This document shows positions 48,790 to 57,456 of a DNA stretch of 64,000 nucleotides, in pieces; the stretch's first letter is position 1; each line of letters begins with the position of its first letter. A program made the position numbers and the translations under genes. The stretch is from NCBI GenBank assembly GCA_965238005.1, contig OZ250165.1, positions 3,040,001-3,104,000 of the forward strand. Direction: 5' to 3'. Under the pieces are notes generated by a model. That model was not told where the DNA came from and made no database searches. It worked only from the letters and a program-made list of their open reading frames with translations. Source of the DNA: Longimicrobiales bacterium (GTDB taxonomy: Bacteria; Gemmatimonadota; Gemmatimonadetes; Longimicrobiales; Gaopeijiaceae).

Positions 48790-48915
48790 CCTGTGGGCGA
48801 CTCCCAGGCCCTTGCACGGGAGACCGCCGCCGTGCTGGCGGATGAGGAGCACCGCCTCCGGCTGGCAGAGGCCGCGCAGGCGCGCACGGAAGGCGAGGAC
48901 GCCGACTGGGCCTGA
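48790..48915 (+). pseudogene. C-terminal fragment of a GT4 glycosyltransferase
   Basis: PVGDSQALARETAAVLADEEHRLRLAEAAQAR..W* resembles a GT-B C-terminal helix. Confidence 0.6.
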
Positions 48916-48916
48916 C

Positions 48917-49963
48917 TTGATCGAATTTGAACGAACCGACGATCCCCTCCTCCGCGATCTTCCCCTGGAGCATCGCGTGGAGCTCCCCGTGATGGGCATC
49001 CCGGTGGAATACCGCACCAATTCCCCGGACGTCCTGGCGGTGATCGAGGAGTCCTACGGCGTCTGGCGAGTCCTCGAGGATCGGCCCCGGCTCCTGGAGA
49101 CCGATCCCGTCCGGGTGACCGTGATCGTCTACGACGACGGAGAAGGCGTCTCCCAGGGTGACCGTACCGCAGAGGGGGGCGGCGCCAGGGACGCTCGTGA
49201 GCACGTACGCGTTCAGTACCGGGCGCCCGACGTAGAGCGCGTCTACGTCACCGCCCCGGGCTGTATGGGGGTCACGGACGTGCGTCGCCGTGAAGCCATC
49301 GCATACGTGACGCCGGCCCTCGTATCCGATCGGGAGCACTTCCGCTACACCTTCATTTCGGGGCTGACCATGGGACTCCTGTCCCCCTTGGACCGGCTGC
49401 CCCTCCACGCGGCCGCCCTGGTGCGGGGCGAAACGGCCCTCCTGTTGGCGGGTCCCAGCGGCACCGGAAAGAGCACGCTCTGTTACTCCGGAGCCCTGAA
49501 CGGTCTCTCGGTGCTCTCGGACGACTACGTCAATCTGCAGCGCCACCCCCACCTCCGGGTGTGGGGCATGCCGGATCACCTCCACCTGCCGTTGGATGCA
49601 CGGGAGCACTTTCCGGCTCTGGCCCAACACCGTGCAACGCACCTCTACAACGGGAAGGAGAAGATCGCCATCAACCTTCGGGAGATGGGAGCCGAGGCGC
49701 CGCTGCCGGTGGTGGAGCGGGCCGGCATCTGCGTCCTGACCCGAACGAAGGCCGAGCCGGCGCTCGCGCGCCTGAGCGCCGAGGAGCTGGAGACGAGGGT
49801 CCTCGCGAGCCCGGAGTACGGCTTCGACCGCTTCTCGGATAGGATCAAGGAAAGTGTGCACCAACTCGCGGAGAAGGGGGGTTGGGCACTGGACGTGGGG
49901 AGCCGACCCGATGCGACGATCCCATTTCTCTATAAGATGTTCGACGAGATCGACGAGTGGTGA
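48917..49963 (+). CDS. HprK-related kinase
   Basis: LPLHAAALV..ALLLAGPSGTGKSTL, VLSDD; TTG start right after the GT fragment. Confidence 0.82.
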   Translation: MIEFERTDDPLLRDLPLEHRVELPVMGIPVEYRTNSPDVLAVIEESYGVWRVLEDRPRLLETDPVRVTVIVYDDGEGVSQGDRTAEGGGARDAREHVRVQYRAPDVERVYVTAPGCMGVTDVRRREAIAYVTPALVSDREHFRYTFISGLTMGLLSPLDRLPLHAAALVRGETALLLAGPSGTGKSTLCYSGALNGLSVLSDDYVNLQRHPHLRVWGMPDHLHLPLDAREHFPALAQHRATHLYNGKEKIAINLREMGAEAPLPVVERAGICVLTRTKAEPALARLSAEELETRVLASPEYGFDRFSDRIKESVHQLAEKGGWALDVGSRPDATIPFLYKMFDEIDEW

Positions 49964-51063
49964 GTCGCTTGGCGAGTAAGCATAGGTTGCCCGCCACCGA
50001 CCCGATCAACGCCATCCCCTGGCGCTCACCGGATCCGCCTGAGCGTATCCTCGCGATCCGCCTCCAGGCGTTAGGCGACACCGTGCTCACACTGCCCTAC
50101 CTGCAGGCGCTTCGGAGTCTCCTCCCGAGAGCTACACTCGATTTTCTCACGCGCGAGGAGGTAGCCGACATCCCGAAGAGCGTGGACCTCTTCGACCAGG
50201 TATTCGAGATCGGTGGTGAGCGAAGCGCGTGGCGTCAGATGCTGAGCGCACTGGCGCTCCTGCCGCGTCTCAGACGCCAGCGATACGATGTCGTCATCGA
50301 TCTGCAGCGCAATCGAATCAGCCGGGCAGTGCGCACGATGCTGCGCCCCACCTCCTGGAGCGAGTTCGATCGTTTCTCGCCCGCACTCGGCGGCGAAAGA
50401 ACCCGCGCGACGATCGAGGCGACCGGACTCGGTGCGCTGGTCGCGTACCCTGTGCCGTTCCCGGAAATCGACAGCGCCCTGGAGAAGCTGCGCGACGGCG
50501 GCTGGGACGGAGCCAGCGGGCTCGTCGTACTGAACCCGGTGGGGGCCTTTCCGGGCCGAGCCTGGCCACCCGAATCCTACGCCCGTTTCGCCGAGCTGTG
50601 GGGCGCCCAGTCGGAGGCGCCCACCCAATTCCTGCTGCTTGGGGTACCAAGCCTGCGCGCAACGGCAGCCTTCCTGCGGAGCCGCCTCGGCGACCGGTTG
50701 ATCGATCTGGTCGGCCGCACGACGCCGGGCGAGGCGTTCGCGCTCATCGGTCGCGCCGTCCTCGTGGTGTCGGGGGACTCGGGGCTGATGCATATGGCGT
50801 GGGTCACCGGCGTCACGACGCTCGCTCTGTTCGGCGCCAGTCGAAGCGCGTGGGCAAGCCCACACGGCAACTACTCCGAGTGCGTCAACGCTTGTGCGCT
50901 GGCGGACGGCATCTGCATGGACGGGACCTGCCGGCAGGCGCCACCCCCCTGCCTGGCAGAGCTGTCACCGGGGGCTGTTCTGGAGCGGGCGCAAGCGCTC
51001 GTGCGTCGTACGGAGGGAGCGCGAAAAGTGATCTACTCGGGCGCTGCAGAGGGTCCGCGCTAA
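49960..51063 (+). CDS. GT9 (heptosyltransferase-like) glycosyltransferase
   Basis: ILAIRLQALGDTVLTLP, YDVVIDLQ, RAWP..F, DLVGRTT, VSGDSGLMHMA, LALFG; Cys-rich tail. Confidence 0.9.
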   Translation: MSRLASKHRLPATDPINAIPWRSPDPPERILAIRLQALGDTVLTLPYLQALRSLLPRATLDFLTREEVADIPKSVDLFDQVFEIGGERSAWRQMLSALALLPRLRRQRYDVVIDLQRNRISRAVRTMLRPTSWSEFDRFSPALGGERTRATIEATGLGALVAYPVPFPEIDSALEKLRDGGWDGASGLVVLNPVGAFPGRAWPPESYARFAELWGAQSEAPTQFLLLGVPSLRATAAFLRSRLGDRLIDLVGRTTPGEAFALIGRAVLVVSGDSGLMHMAWVTGVTTLALFGASRSAWASPHGNYSECVNACALADGICMDGTCRQAPPPCLAELSPGAVLERAQALVRRTEGARKVIYSGAAEGPR

Positions 51064-51123
51064 GCGACGACCGCGACAGATAGCCGACCCCGGACTCCCA
51101 AACCTGCTGACCGGAGAGCTCTC

Positions 51124-51660
51124 ATGGAGAATACGCCGTTGTCCCAGGGGCAGCCGAGCCTAGAGAAGGTCGCCGATCACGTTTTCCCCCGTGAGGTGGC
51201 CAGCCTGGTGGGAGTCGTCGTCGGGATCGTCATAGGGATCGGGAACGCGATGCTGGGCCTGCTCTTCCCCTCGTGGCTCGCCACACTGGGGCTTCTGTGC
51301 GCAGCCCTGGCGCTGGTCCTGGTCCTCCACGAAGGCCTGCACGGAGCTGCTGGGATGCTGTTTGGTTACCGGCCCATATTCGGGATACAGCCCCCTCTCG
51401 TCTTCACCACGTTCAAGGAGAAGATCGCTCGGAATCACCTCGCCGCCATCGCGTTGGCACCCCTGGTGATCCTGGACGCCGCATTCGTCACGGCCTTCGT
51501 GCTCGTCCCCGGGGAGATCTTCTGGGATCTCTGCTTCGCGGTGAACACCATCGGCGCCGTAGGCGATGTGTGGATCGTAACGAGAGTCCTTAGCCACCCT
51601 CCGGAGACGGTCTTCCAGGACACGAAGAGCGGGGTGGAGGCGTGGCTGCCGTTGGCCTGA
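51124..51660 (+). CDS. DUF3267-like membrane zincin metalloprotease
   Basis: LHEGLHG, IALAPLVIL, NTIGAVGD. Confidence 0.8.
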   Translation: MENTPLSQGQPSLEKVADHVFPREVASLVGVVVGIVIGIGNAMLGLLFPSWLATLGLLCAALALVLVLHEGLHGAAGMLFGYRPIFGIQPPLVFTTFKEKIARNHLAAIALAPLVILDAAFVTAFVLVPGEIFWDLCFAVNTIGAVGDVWIVTRVLSHPPETVFQDTKSGVEAWLPLA

Positions 51661-51705
51661 CGAGGGGGGCGTGAAGTGGAGACCGGGCGGCCACCCGTCA
51701 GGCGG

Positions 51706-52116
51706 CTAGGAGCCCTCTTCATCGTGAAGTGAGACGGCGCACGCCAGATAGAGGACCCACCCGAGAAAGCCCGGCACCAGTAGCAGCCAGCCGATCGCCA
51801 CCTCGAGCTGGAACCAGGACAGGATCACCTTTCCGGTGTACGCGAAGCGCACAGTCGCGTATACCGTAAGAGCCAGAAACCACAGAATCGTAAGGTTCTG
51901 GCCCACGCATCCCGGGTTCCAGCCCGTTTGAGCGGTGAGGGCCGACAGGAGCAGCAGCTCGGGAATCAGGACCAGGATCGCTCCTACCACCGATGCCCAT
52001 CCCGGGATCGACACCTCCTGTGCAGCCGCAACTGCTTCGACGACTCCCACATTGCCTACAATGGCCAAGAGAATGAGAAGGCCGAAGACGACCTTCTTGC
52101 CTTCGGAATCGAGCAT
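51706..52116 (-). CDS. Hypothetical membrane protein (~4 TM)
   Basis: Four hydrophobic segments; no family recognised. Confidence 0.55.
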   Translation of the reverse strand: MLDSEGKKVVFGLLILLAIVGNVGVVEAVAAAQEVSIPGWASVVGAILVLIPELLLLSALTAQTGWNPGCVGQNLTILWFLALTVYATVRFAYTGKVILSWFQLEVAIGWLLLVPGFLGWVLYLACAVSLHDEEGS

Positions 52117-52249
52117 TTCGGTCTCGCCTGAGAAGTGTGCTGACCGGTCCACCGGGGTGGTAACCGGGAGTCGTCCGGTCGCCATTGGTCAACCTGAGCC
52201 GCGCTGCGGTCTCCAACAAGTCCGCCGGTGCGATTCACGGCGGAAGGAC

Positions 52250-52290
52250 CTAGTGTTCCGTTTCCGAAGTTCGCGAGCCACCAAGAGGGT
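52250..52290 (-). repeat. Orphan copy of the dctQ 3' end
   Basis: 39/41 identical to 56825-56865 (GGSRTSETEH* vs GGSGTSETEH*). Confidence 0.85.
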
Positions 52291-52494
52291 CGGGGCGCCG
52301 TGGGATCAAGGCGGGACGACGCGGCGTAGCGTAAGCGGGCACCGCGCGAAGCGTGGTCGTAAGGAGTCCCAACGCCGAGCCCACGGATGCACCGTGCTCT
52401 CGACTGGCCGAGACACTTCGGTAACGGGACACCAGAAACGTTGTCACACGTATTCCTTGTCAGACGTTATTCAATGGGTAGACCCGCTCCCACG

Positions 52495-53004
52495 ATGAAC
52501 GCCGGCGCACCCATGGTTCGAACTCCCGCACGCCCCAACCCATCCCAGACGCCCCGCGCCGCGTCCGCCTTGGCCGCTATCCTCCTCCTGGCCTCGCTGG
52601 CGTGCGGCGACTCGACCGGCCCCAGGACGGATCGCTTGAGTGAGCAACGCTCTCTCTGGGAGGCTCTGGGTCTCCAGGACTACACGTATGACGTTCAGCG
52701 GGTCTGCTTTTGCCCCTTCAGGGAGGGAGTCCGGGTCACCGTGGTGGCCGGAGTCGTGGCTGGAGCCACCGACCTCGCGACCGCCGAGGTCTTGGAGCCC
52801 AACGAGGTGCAGTGGTACCTGACGATCGACGGCCTCTTCGATCTCATACGGGACGCCTACGACCGGAACGCTCACGAGGTCCAGGTGGAGTTCCACCCCA
52901 GCCGTGGGTATCCGACCCGGATCTTCATCGACTACTCCGAGATGATCGCGGACGAGAAGCTGGGCTTCACGCTCTTGGGTGAGGTTCGGGCGTTTGGAGA
53001 CTGA
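52495..53004 (+). CDS. Lipoprotein, DUF6174-like
   Basis: Lipobox LAC; W...DYTY..RVCFC, TIDGLF, FHP.RGYPT.I.ID. Confidence 0.7.
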   Translation: MNAGAPMVRTPARPNPSQTPRAASALAAILLLASLACGDSTGPRTDRLSEQRSLWEALGLQDYTYDVQRVCFCPFREGVRVTVVAGVVAGATDLATAEVLEPNEVQWYLTIDGLFDLIRDAYDRNAHEVQVEFHPSRGYPTRIFIDYSEMIADEKLGFTLLGEVRAFGD

Positions 53005-53161
53005 CGCTCATCATCGAGTCCTCCGGCGGGAAGGCCCACCTGGCTCCATGCCCACACCGGATCCCTCCGCCATTTGCCCAAGTGAGCCTCCCAGGGTAGA
53101 TCATGGGGCGGAAGCAGGGGATTCCCCCTGATGCACATCAATAGCAGGAAGTGACCATACC

Positions 53162-54286
53162 ATGAGCCCCATCAAGCGTCGAGAATTCGTGCGCAAAGCG
53201 ACACTCGGTGCCGCTGGCACCGGCGTTCTGGCCTCCTGCGGTGGCAGCGAGCCTCAAAGCGGCGACGGCACCAATCCGGTGACCGGTCCCCGCGTGAGCT
53301 GGCGACTCGCCTCCAGCTATCCTCCCAGCCTGGACATCCTGCACGGGACGGTGCTGCGCATCGCGGATCGCGTCGAGGCCCTGACTGGAGGGCAGTTCAC
53401 GATCCGGGTGTTCGCCGCCGGCGAGCTCGTTCCTGCCCTTCAGGTCATGGACGGAGTCCAGTCCGGCACCGTACAGGCCGGGCACACCGCCGACTACTAC
53501 TACATCGGGAAGAACCCGGCCCTCGCCTTCGGAACCGCGATCCCGTTCGGACTGAACCATCGACAGCGAACCGCGTGGCTGAATCATGGCGGTGGCCTGG
53601 GCCTCATGAGGGGGATCTTCTCGGACTTCGGGATCATCACTTTCCCATGCGGCAGCACGGGGCCCCAGTTCGGCGGGTGGTTCCGTGAGCCGGTCGACTC
53701 TCTGGCGGACATGAGGGGCCTCCGCATGCGTATTCCCGGGCTGGGGGGCGAGATCATGGCCCGCCTCGGCGTGAGCGTCCAGGTCCTGGCGGCCCCCGAG
53801 ATCTACCCGGCCCTGGAGCGCGGTGCCATCGACGCGACCGAATGGGTGGGCCCCTACGACGACGAGAAGCTCGGCCTCCATGAGATCGCCAAGAACTACT
53901 ACATCCCTGGCTGGTGGGAGCCTGGCGTCACCATCACTCTCCAGGTGGGCCTCGATGCCTGGAACGATCTGCCCCCGACGTATCAAGAAGCGCTCGCGTG
54001 TGCGTGCGACGCTGCCAGCGTGCAGACCCTGGCGCGCTACGACGTGGAGAATCCTCTCGCGCTGGCACGTCTTACTTCCGAGCACGGCGTCACGCTGCGA
54101 AGCTTCTCGGACGACATCCTAGAGGCGGCTTGGAGTGAGACTCTCACGTATCTCGAAGAGCAAGCGGCGGCGTCCGCGGACTTCAGACGGGTCTACGACT
54201 CCTGGAGGGAGTTCAGGACCCGGAGCTTCCGGTACTTCCGTGGCAACGAGCTGGAGTACGCCAGGTTCGCGTTCCCGAAGCTCTAG
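53162..54286 (+). CDS. dctP: TRAP transporter substrate-binding protein (DctP/TakP-like), Tat lipoprotein
   Basis: KRREFV Tat motif + LASC; WRLASSYP, FAAGELVP, GLRMRIPG, ALERGAIDATEWVGP, YYIPGWWEP. Confidence 0.93.
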   Translation: MSPIKRREFVRKATLGAAGTGVLASCGGSEPQSGDGTNPVTGPRVSWRLASSYPPSLDILHGTVLRIADRVEALTGGQFTIRVFAAGELVPALQVMDGVQSGTVQAGHTADYYYIGKNPALAFGTAIPFGLNHRQRTAWLNHGGGLGLMRGIFSDFGIITFPCGSTGPQFGGWFREPVDSLADMRGLRMRIPGLGGEIMARLGVSVQVLAAPEIYPALERGAIDATEWVGPYDDEKLGLHEIAKNYYIPGWWEPGVTITLQVGLDAWNDLPPTYQEALACACDAASVQTLARYDVENPLALARLTSEHGVTLRSFSDDILEAAWSETLTYLEEQAAASADFRRVYDSWREFRTRSFRYFRGNELEYARFAFPKL

Positions 54287-54295
54287 GACGCCCTC

Positions 54296-55201
54296 CTACC
54301 GACCCTCCGTCAGGCTCCGGTAGACGAGAGCCACGAATCCTTCCGTCCAGTCCCGGGTGGTCTCCCAGTCCTCGTCGAGGTCGGCGGTGGGGTTGGCCGC
54401 TACCGCTTCGTCCTGGCTCTTGCCATCCCGGATCAGCTGGGCTACCCGGCCCCGCACCGTGCTGAGCATCTCGCGGTAGGCCCGGAGGTCGTCGCGAGTC
54501 GCAAGCTCGCCGTGGCCCGGGATGATCCGGGTGCCCGATCCGCTCATGCGAAGGATCAGGTCCGCCGCAGCGATCAGCCCGTCTACATTCCCCCCGGAGT
54601 CTACATCGATGAAGGGATAGCGGCCGTTGAAGAACGTGTCGCCCATGTGGTAGACGTCGGATTCGCGGTAGTGGATGATCACGTCTCCATCGGTATGGGC
54701 GTGCGCCACGTGGAAGGCGTGGACGTCCTCTCCGTTCCAGTGGAAGGTCATTGTCTGATCGAAGGTGACCACCGGAAGAGCCGCATCGGGGGCCTCCTGA
54801 CTGCGTCCTACCAGATCGGCGAACTCCGCCGGATTGAGCCGCCTGTAGACATTGTCGTGGGCGACGATGAGGGCACCCGCGCCTCCGAAGTTCTCGTTCC
54901 CACCCGTGTGATCGCCGTGCCAATGAGTGTTCAGGACCCACTCCACGGGCCGATCCGTCACCTCCGCGATGGCGGCTTTGATCTTTTCGGTGAGCGGGGC
55001 GAACTGATCGTCCACGATGAAGGCCCCGTCCTCCCCGACGGAGAGCCCGATGTTACCGCCGCTTCCCATCAGCATGTAGACCCCGCCGCCCAGGGAAACG
55101 GTGCGGATCTCGACGGCATCCCAATCCCTTTGGGCGACCAGAGGCATGGCCCACAGAAAGGCGGTCACAAGCGAGATGCGTGCAAAGGCGGGTGCAGACA
55201 T
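54296..55201 (-). CDS. MBL-fold metallo-hydrolase (secreted, cyclase-like)
   Basis: GGNIGLS, NTHWHGDHTGGN, AHTDGD, HMGD, IIPGHG. Confidence 0.9.
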   Translation of the reverse strand: MSAPAFARISLVTAFLWAMPLVAQRDWDAVEIRTVSLGGGVYMLMGSGGNIGLSVGEDGAFIVDDQFAPLTEKIKAAIAEVTDRPVEWVLNTHWHGDHTGGNENFGGAGALIVAHDNVYRRLNPAEFADLVGRSQEAPDAALPVVTFDQTMTFHWNGEDVHAFHVAHAHTDGDVIIHYRESDVYHMGDTFFNGRYPFIDVDSGGNVDGLIAAADLILRMSGSGTRIIPGHGELATRDDLRAYREMLSTVRGRVAQLIRDGKSQDEAVAANPTADLDEDWETTRDWTEGFVALVYRSLTEGR

Positions 55202-55371
55202 GGAGACCTCCAGGCTGGCTCGGGCGAGTGGAATCACCAAGGGTAGCCGGAAACCTATGGCGATCCGGTTGTTTTGAGCCAGCCTGCTCCCCTCCTCGTG
55301 AAAGCTGGTACGTCAGCCGACCAGCCGCAGTGTTTCCGGCCAAGGCAAAGTCTCCATGCGGCAACACGGCC

Positions 55372-55420
55372 TCGTACGTATACTCACGATATAGAGATAC
55401 GTACACCTCTCCGAAGAGCA
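55372..55420. repeat. 49-bp dispersed repeat (copy 2)
   Basis: 46/49 identical to 10830-10878. Confidence 0.9.
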
Positions 55421-55526
55421 ACTCGAGACGGTTGTAAAGGTCTGGAGATTGGAACAGCCCTTTCGGGGCGGCTCCCCTGGCCGGCCCATCATGCCTCTGG
55501 ATAACGCGGAGCCCCCACCGCGAACG

Positions 55527-56825
55527 TCACCTCAGCAACCAGGCGATGAGGCCGCCTAGCACGACGAGCTGGATGACGATGAACGGCACCACGCCCCGGT
55601 AGATGCTCGTCGTGGAAATGTCCGCAGGTGTGACTCCCCGGAGGTAGAACAGCGAGAAGCCGAAGGGCGGCGTGAGGAAGGACGTCTGGATGTTCACGGC
55701 CAGGACGATCCCGAGCCAGGTCAGGTCGAGGCCCAGTATCTGAGCCGGCGCCACGACGAGGGGTACGATGATGAACGCGATCTCGAAGAAGTCGATGAAG
55801 AAGCCGAGGACGAAGACGACGGCGTTTACGACGACGAGGAAGCCCAGGGAGCCGCCGGGGAGGTTCGAAAGCATCTGCGCAATCCACAGGTCCCCCTCCA
55901 GGCCGCGGAACACGAGGGTGAAGACCGTGGAGCCGATGAGGAGGAAGATCACCATGATGGTGAGGCGCGTGGTGTCGTTCATGGCCGCCCTGAGGGCATC
56001 CATGGAGAGCCGCCCACCCACCGCGGCCAGGATTATGGCTCCTACGGCACCCAGGGCGCCGGCCTCCGTCGGCGTCGCCACGCCGGCGAAGATGCTGCCG
56101 AGCACGACGAGAATCAGAGCGAGGGGTGGAATCAGGGAGACCATAACGCGGCGGGCCAGGGCGAGGCCACGAATCTCGCGCGCCTCCTCCATCGCCGGCG
56201 CCGCCTCGGGCCTCACGATGGCCACGCCCACGACGTAGAGCGCGTAGGCCCCGGTGAGGATGAGCCCCGGCACGAGGGCGGCCTGGAACAGGGCCCCCAC
56301 CGATACGCCCATCTGGTCTCCCAAAACGATCAGGACGATGCTGGGCGGGATGATCTGGCCAAGGGTCCCGGAGGCCGCGATGACGCCGAGGGTCAGATCG
56401 TCCTTGTACCCGTTCCTGAGCATGACAGGCAGCGAGATGAGGCCCATGGCCGTGACGGACGCCCCCACGATACCGGTGGCCGCGGCCAGCAGCGCACCTA
56501 CGCCGATCACGCCCAGAGCCAATCCGCCTCGGAAGCGTCCGAACAGGATGCCGATGGTCTCCAGCAGGTCCTCGGCCAGACGTGATTTCTCCAGGACGGT
56601 GCCCATGAAGATGAAGAAGGGGACGGCCAGAAGCGTGTAGTTCGACATGATCCCGAAGGTCCGGTCCGGGAGCGCCCGGAGGAGGATCAGGTCGAAGTCG
56701 CCGGCCAGGGTCCCGAGGAGGGAGAACGCGAGGGCCGTCCCGGCCAGGGCGAATGCCACCGGGTATCCGGTGAAGATGAGGGCCAGGACCCCCAGGAACA
56801 TGATGGGACCCCAGACGTCGCCCAC
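55527..56825 (-). CDS. dctM: TRAP transporter large permease
   Basis: GYPVAFAL, LLAVPFFIFMG, ASGTLGQIIPPS, ATPTEAGA, TPPFGFSLFYL. Confidence 0.95.
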   Translation of the reverse strand: MGDVWGPIMFLGVLALIFTGYPVAFALAGTALAFSLLGTLAGDFDLILLRALPDRTFGIMSNYTLLAVPFFIFMGTVLEKSRLAEDLLETIGILFGRFRGGLALGVIGVGALLAAATGIVGASVTAMGLISLPVMLRNGYKDDLTLGVIAASGTLGQIIPPSIVLIVLGDQMGVSVGALFQAALVPGLILTGAYALYVVGVAIVRPEAAPAMEEAREIRGLALARRVMVSLIPPLALILVVLGSIFAGVATPTEAGALGAVGAIILAAVGGRLSMDALRAAMNDTTRLTIMVIFLLIGSTVFTLVFRGLEGDLWIAQMLSNLPGGSLGFLVVVNAVVFVLGFFIDFFEIAFIIVPLVVAPAQILGLDLTWLGIVLAVNIQTSFLTPPFGFSLFYLRGVTPADISTTSIYRGVVPFIVIQLVVLGGLIAWLLR

Positions 56826-57430
56826 TAGTGTTCCGTTTCCGAAGTTCCCGAGCCACCAGGAGGGTAGGAGGCGTCCCCAGGCGCAGGGCCCGGCTCGGGA
56901 TGCCCTTCACGCTGCGATCCCCAGAGAATGGTCGCCTGCTTCAGCGCATGGCTGATCCCCTGAAGGAGAAGGAGGAGGAACGCCACGAGGATGACGGCCT
57001 TGATGGGGTAGCGCGGGAGCCCTCCCGGATCCGGCGAGCTCTCCCGGATCGCCCAGCTATTCCAGACCGGTCTCCATGAGACCCAGAGCATGACGAGTGA
57101 GAACGGCACGAGGAACAGCACCGTGCCCAGGAGATCGATCCACGCCTTCCCCCTCCGCCCCAGCTTCGCATACAGGACGTCGACCCTGACGTGGTAGCCG
57201 TGGTTCAGCCCGTACCCCGCCCCCAGGAGGAAGATGAGGCTGAAGAAGTACCATTGCAGGTCGAGGTAGGCGTTGGAGCTGAGAGAGATGCCGGTGTACC
57301 GCGTCGCATAGCGGGCGAGGGCGTTGAATGCTCCCACGAGCACCATGATCAGGGCGAGCCATTGGATTGCCTCTCCGACGCGATCGTTGAGCCGATCGAT
57401 CATCGCCGCGACGCGCTGCAGTGAGCTCAT
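56825..57430 (-). CDS. dctQ: TRAP transporter small permease
   Basis: IDRLND, LQWYFF, HVRVDVLY, ESSPDPGGLP. Confidence 0.93.
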   Translation of the reverse strand: MSSLQRVAAMIDRLNDRVGEAIQWLALIMVLVGAFNALARYATRYTGISLSSNAYLDLQWYFFSLIFLLGAGYGLNHGYHVRVDVLYAKLGRRGKAWIDLLGTVLFLVPFSLVMLWVSWRPVWNSWAIRESSPDPGGLPRYPIKAVILVAFLLLLLQGISHALKQATILWGSQREGHPEPGPAPGDASYPPGGSGTSETEH

Positions 57431-57456
57431 GGATGAACGGGGCTCGGCGAAGGAGC

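Noticed and set aside
54296..55201. Metallo-beta-lactamase resistance gene
   Set aside because: Motifs fit the widespread cyclase-like MBL-fold hydrolases; nothing specific for class B beta-lactamases.
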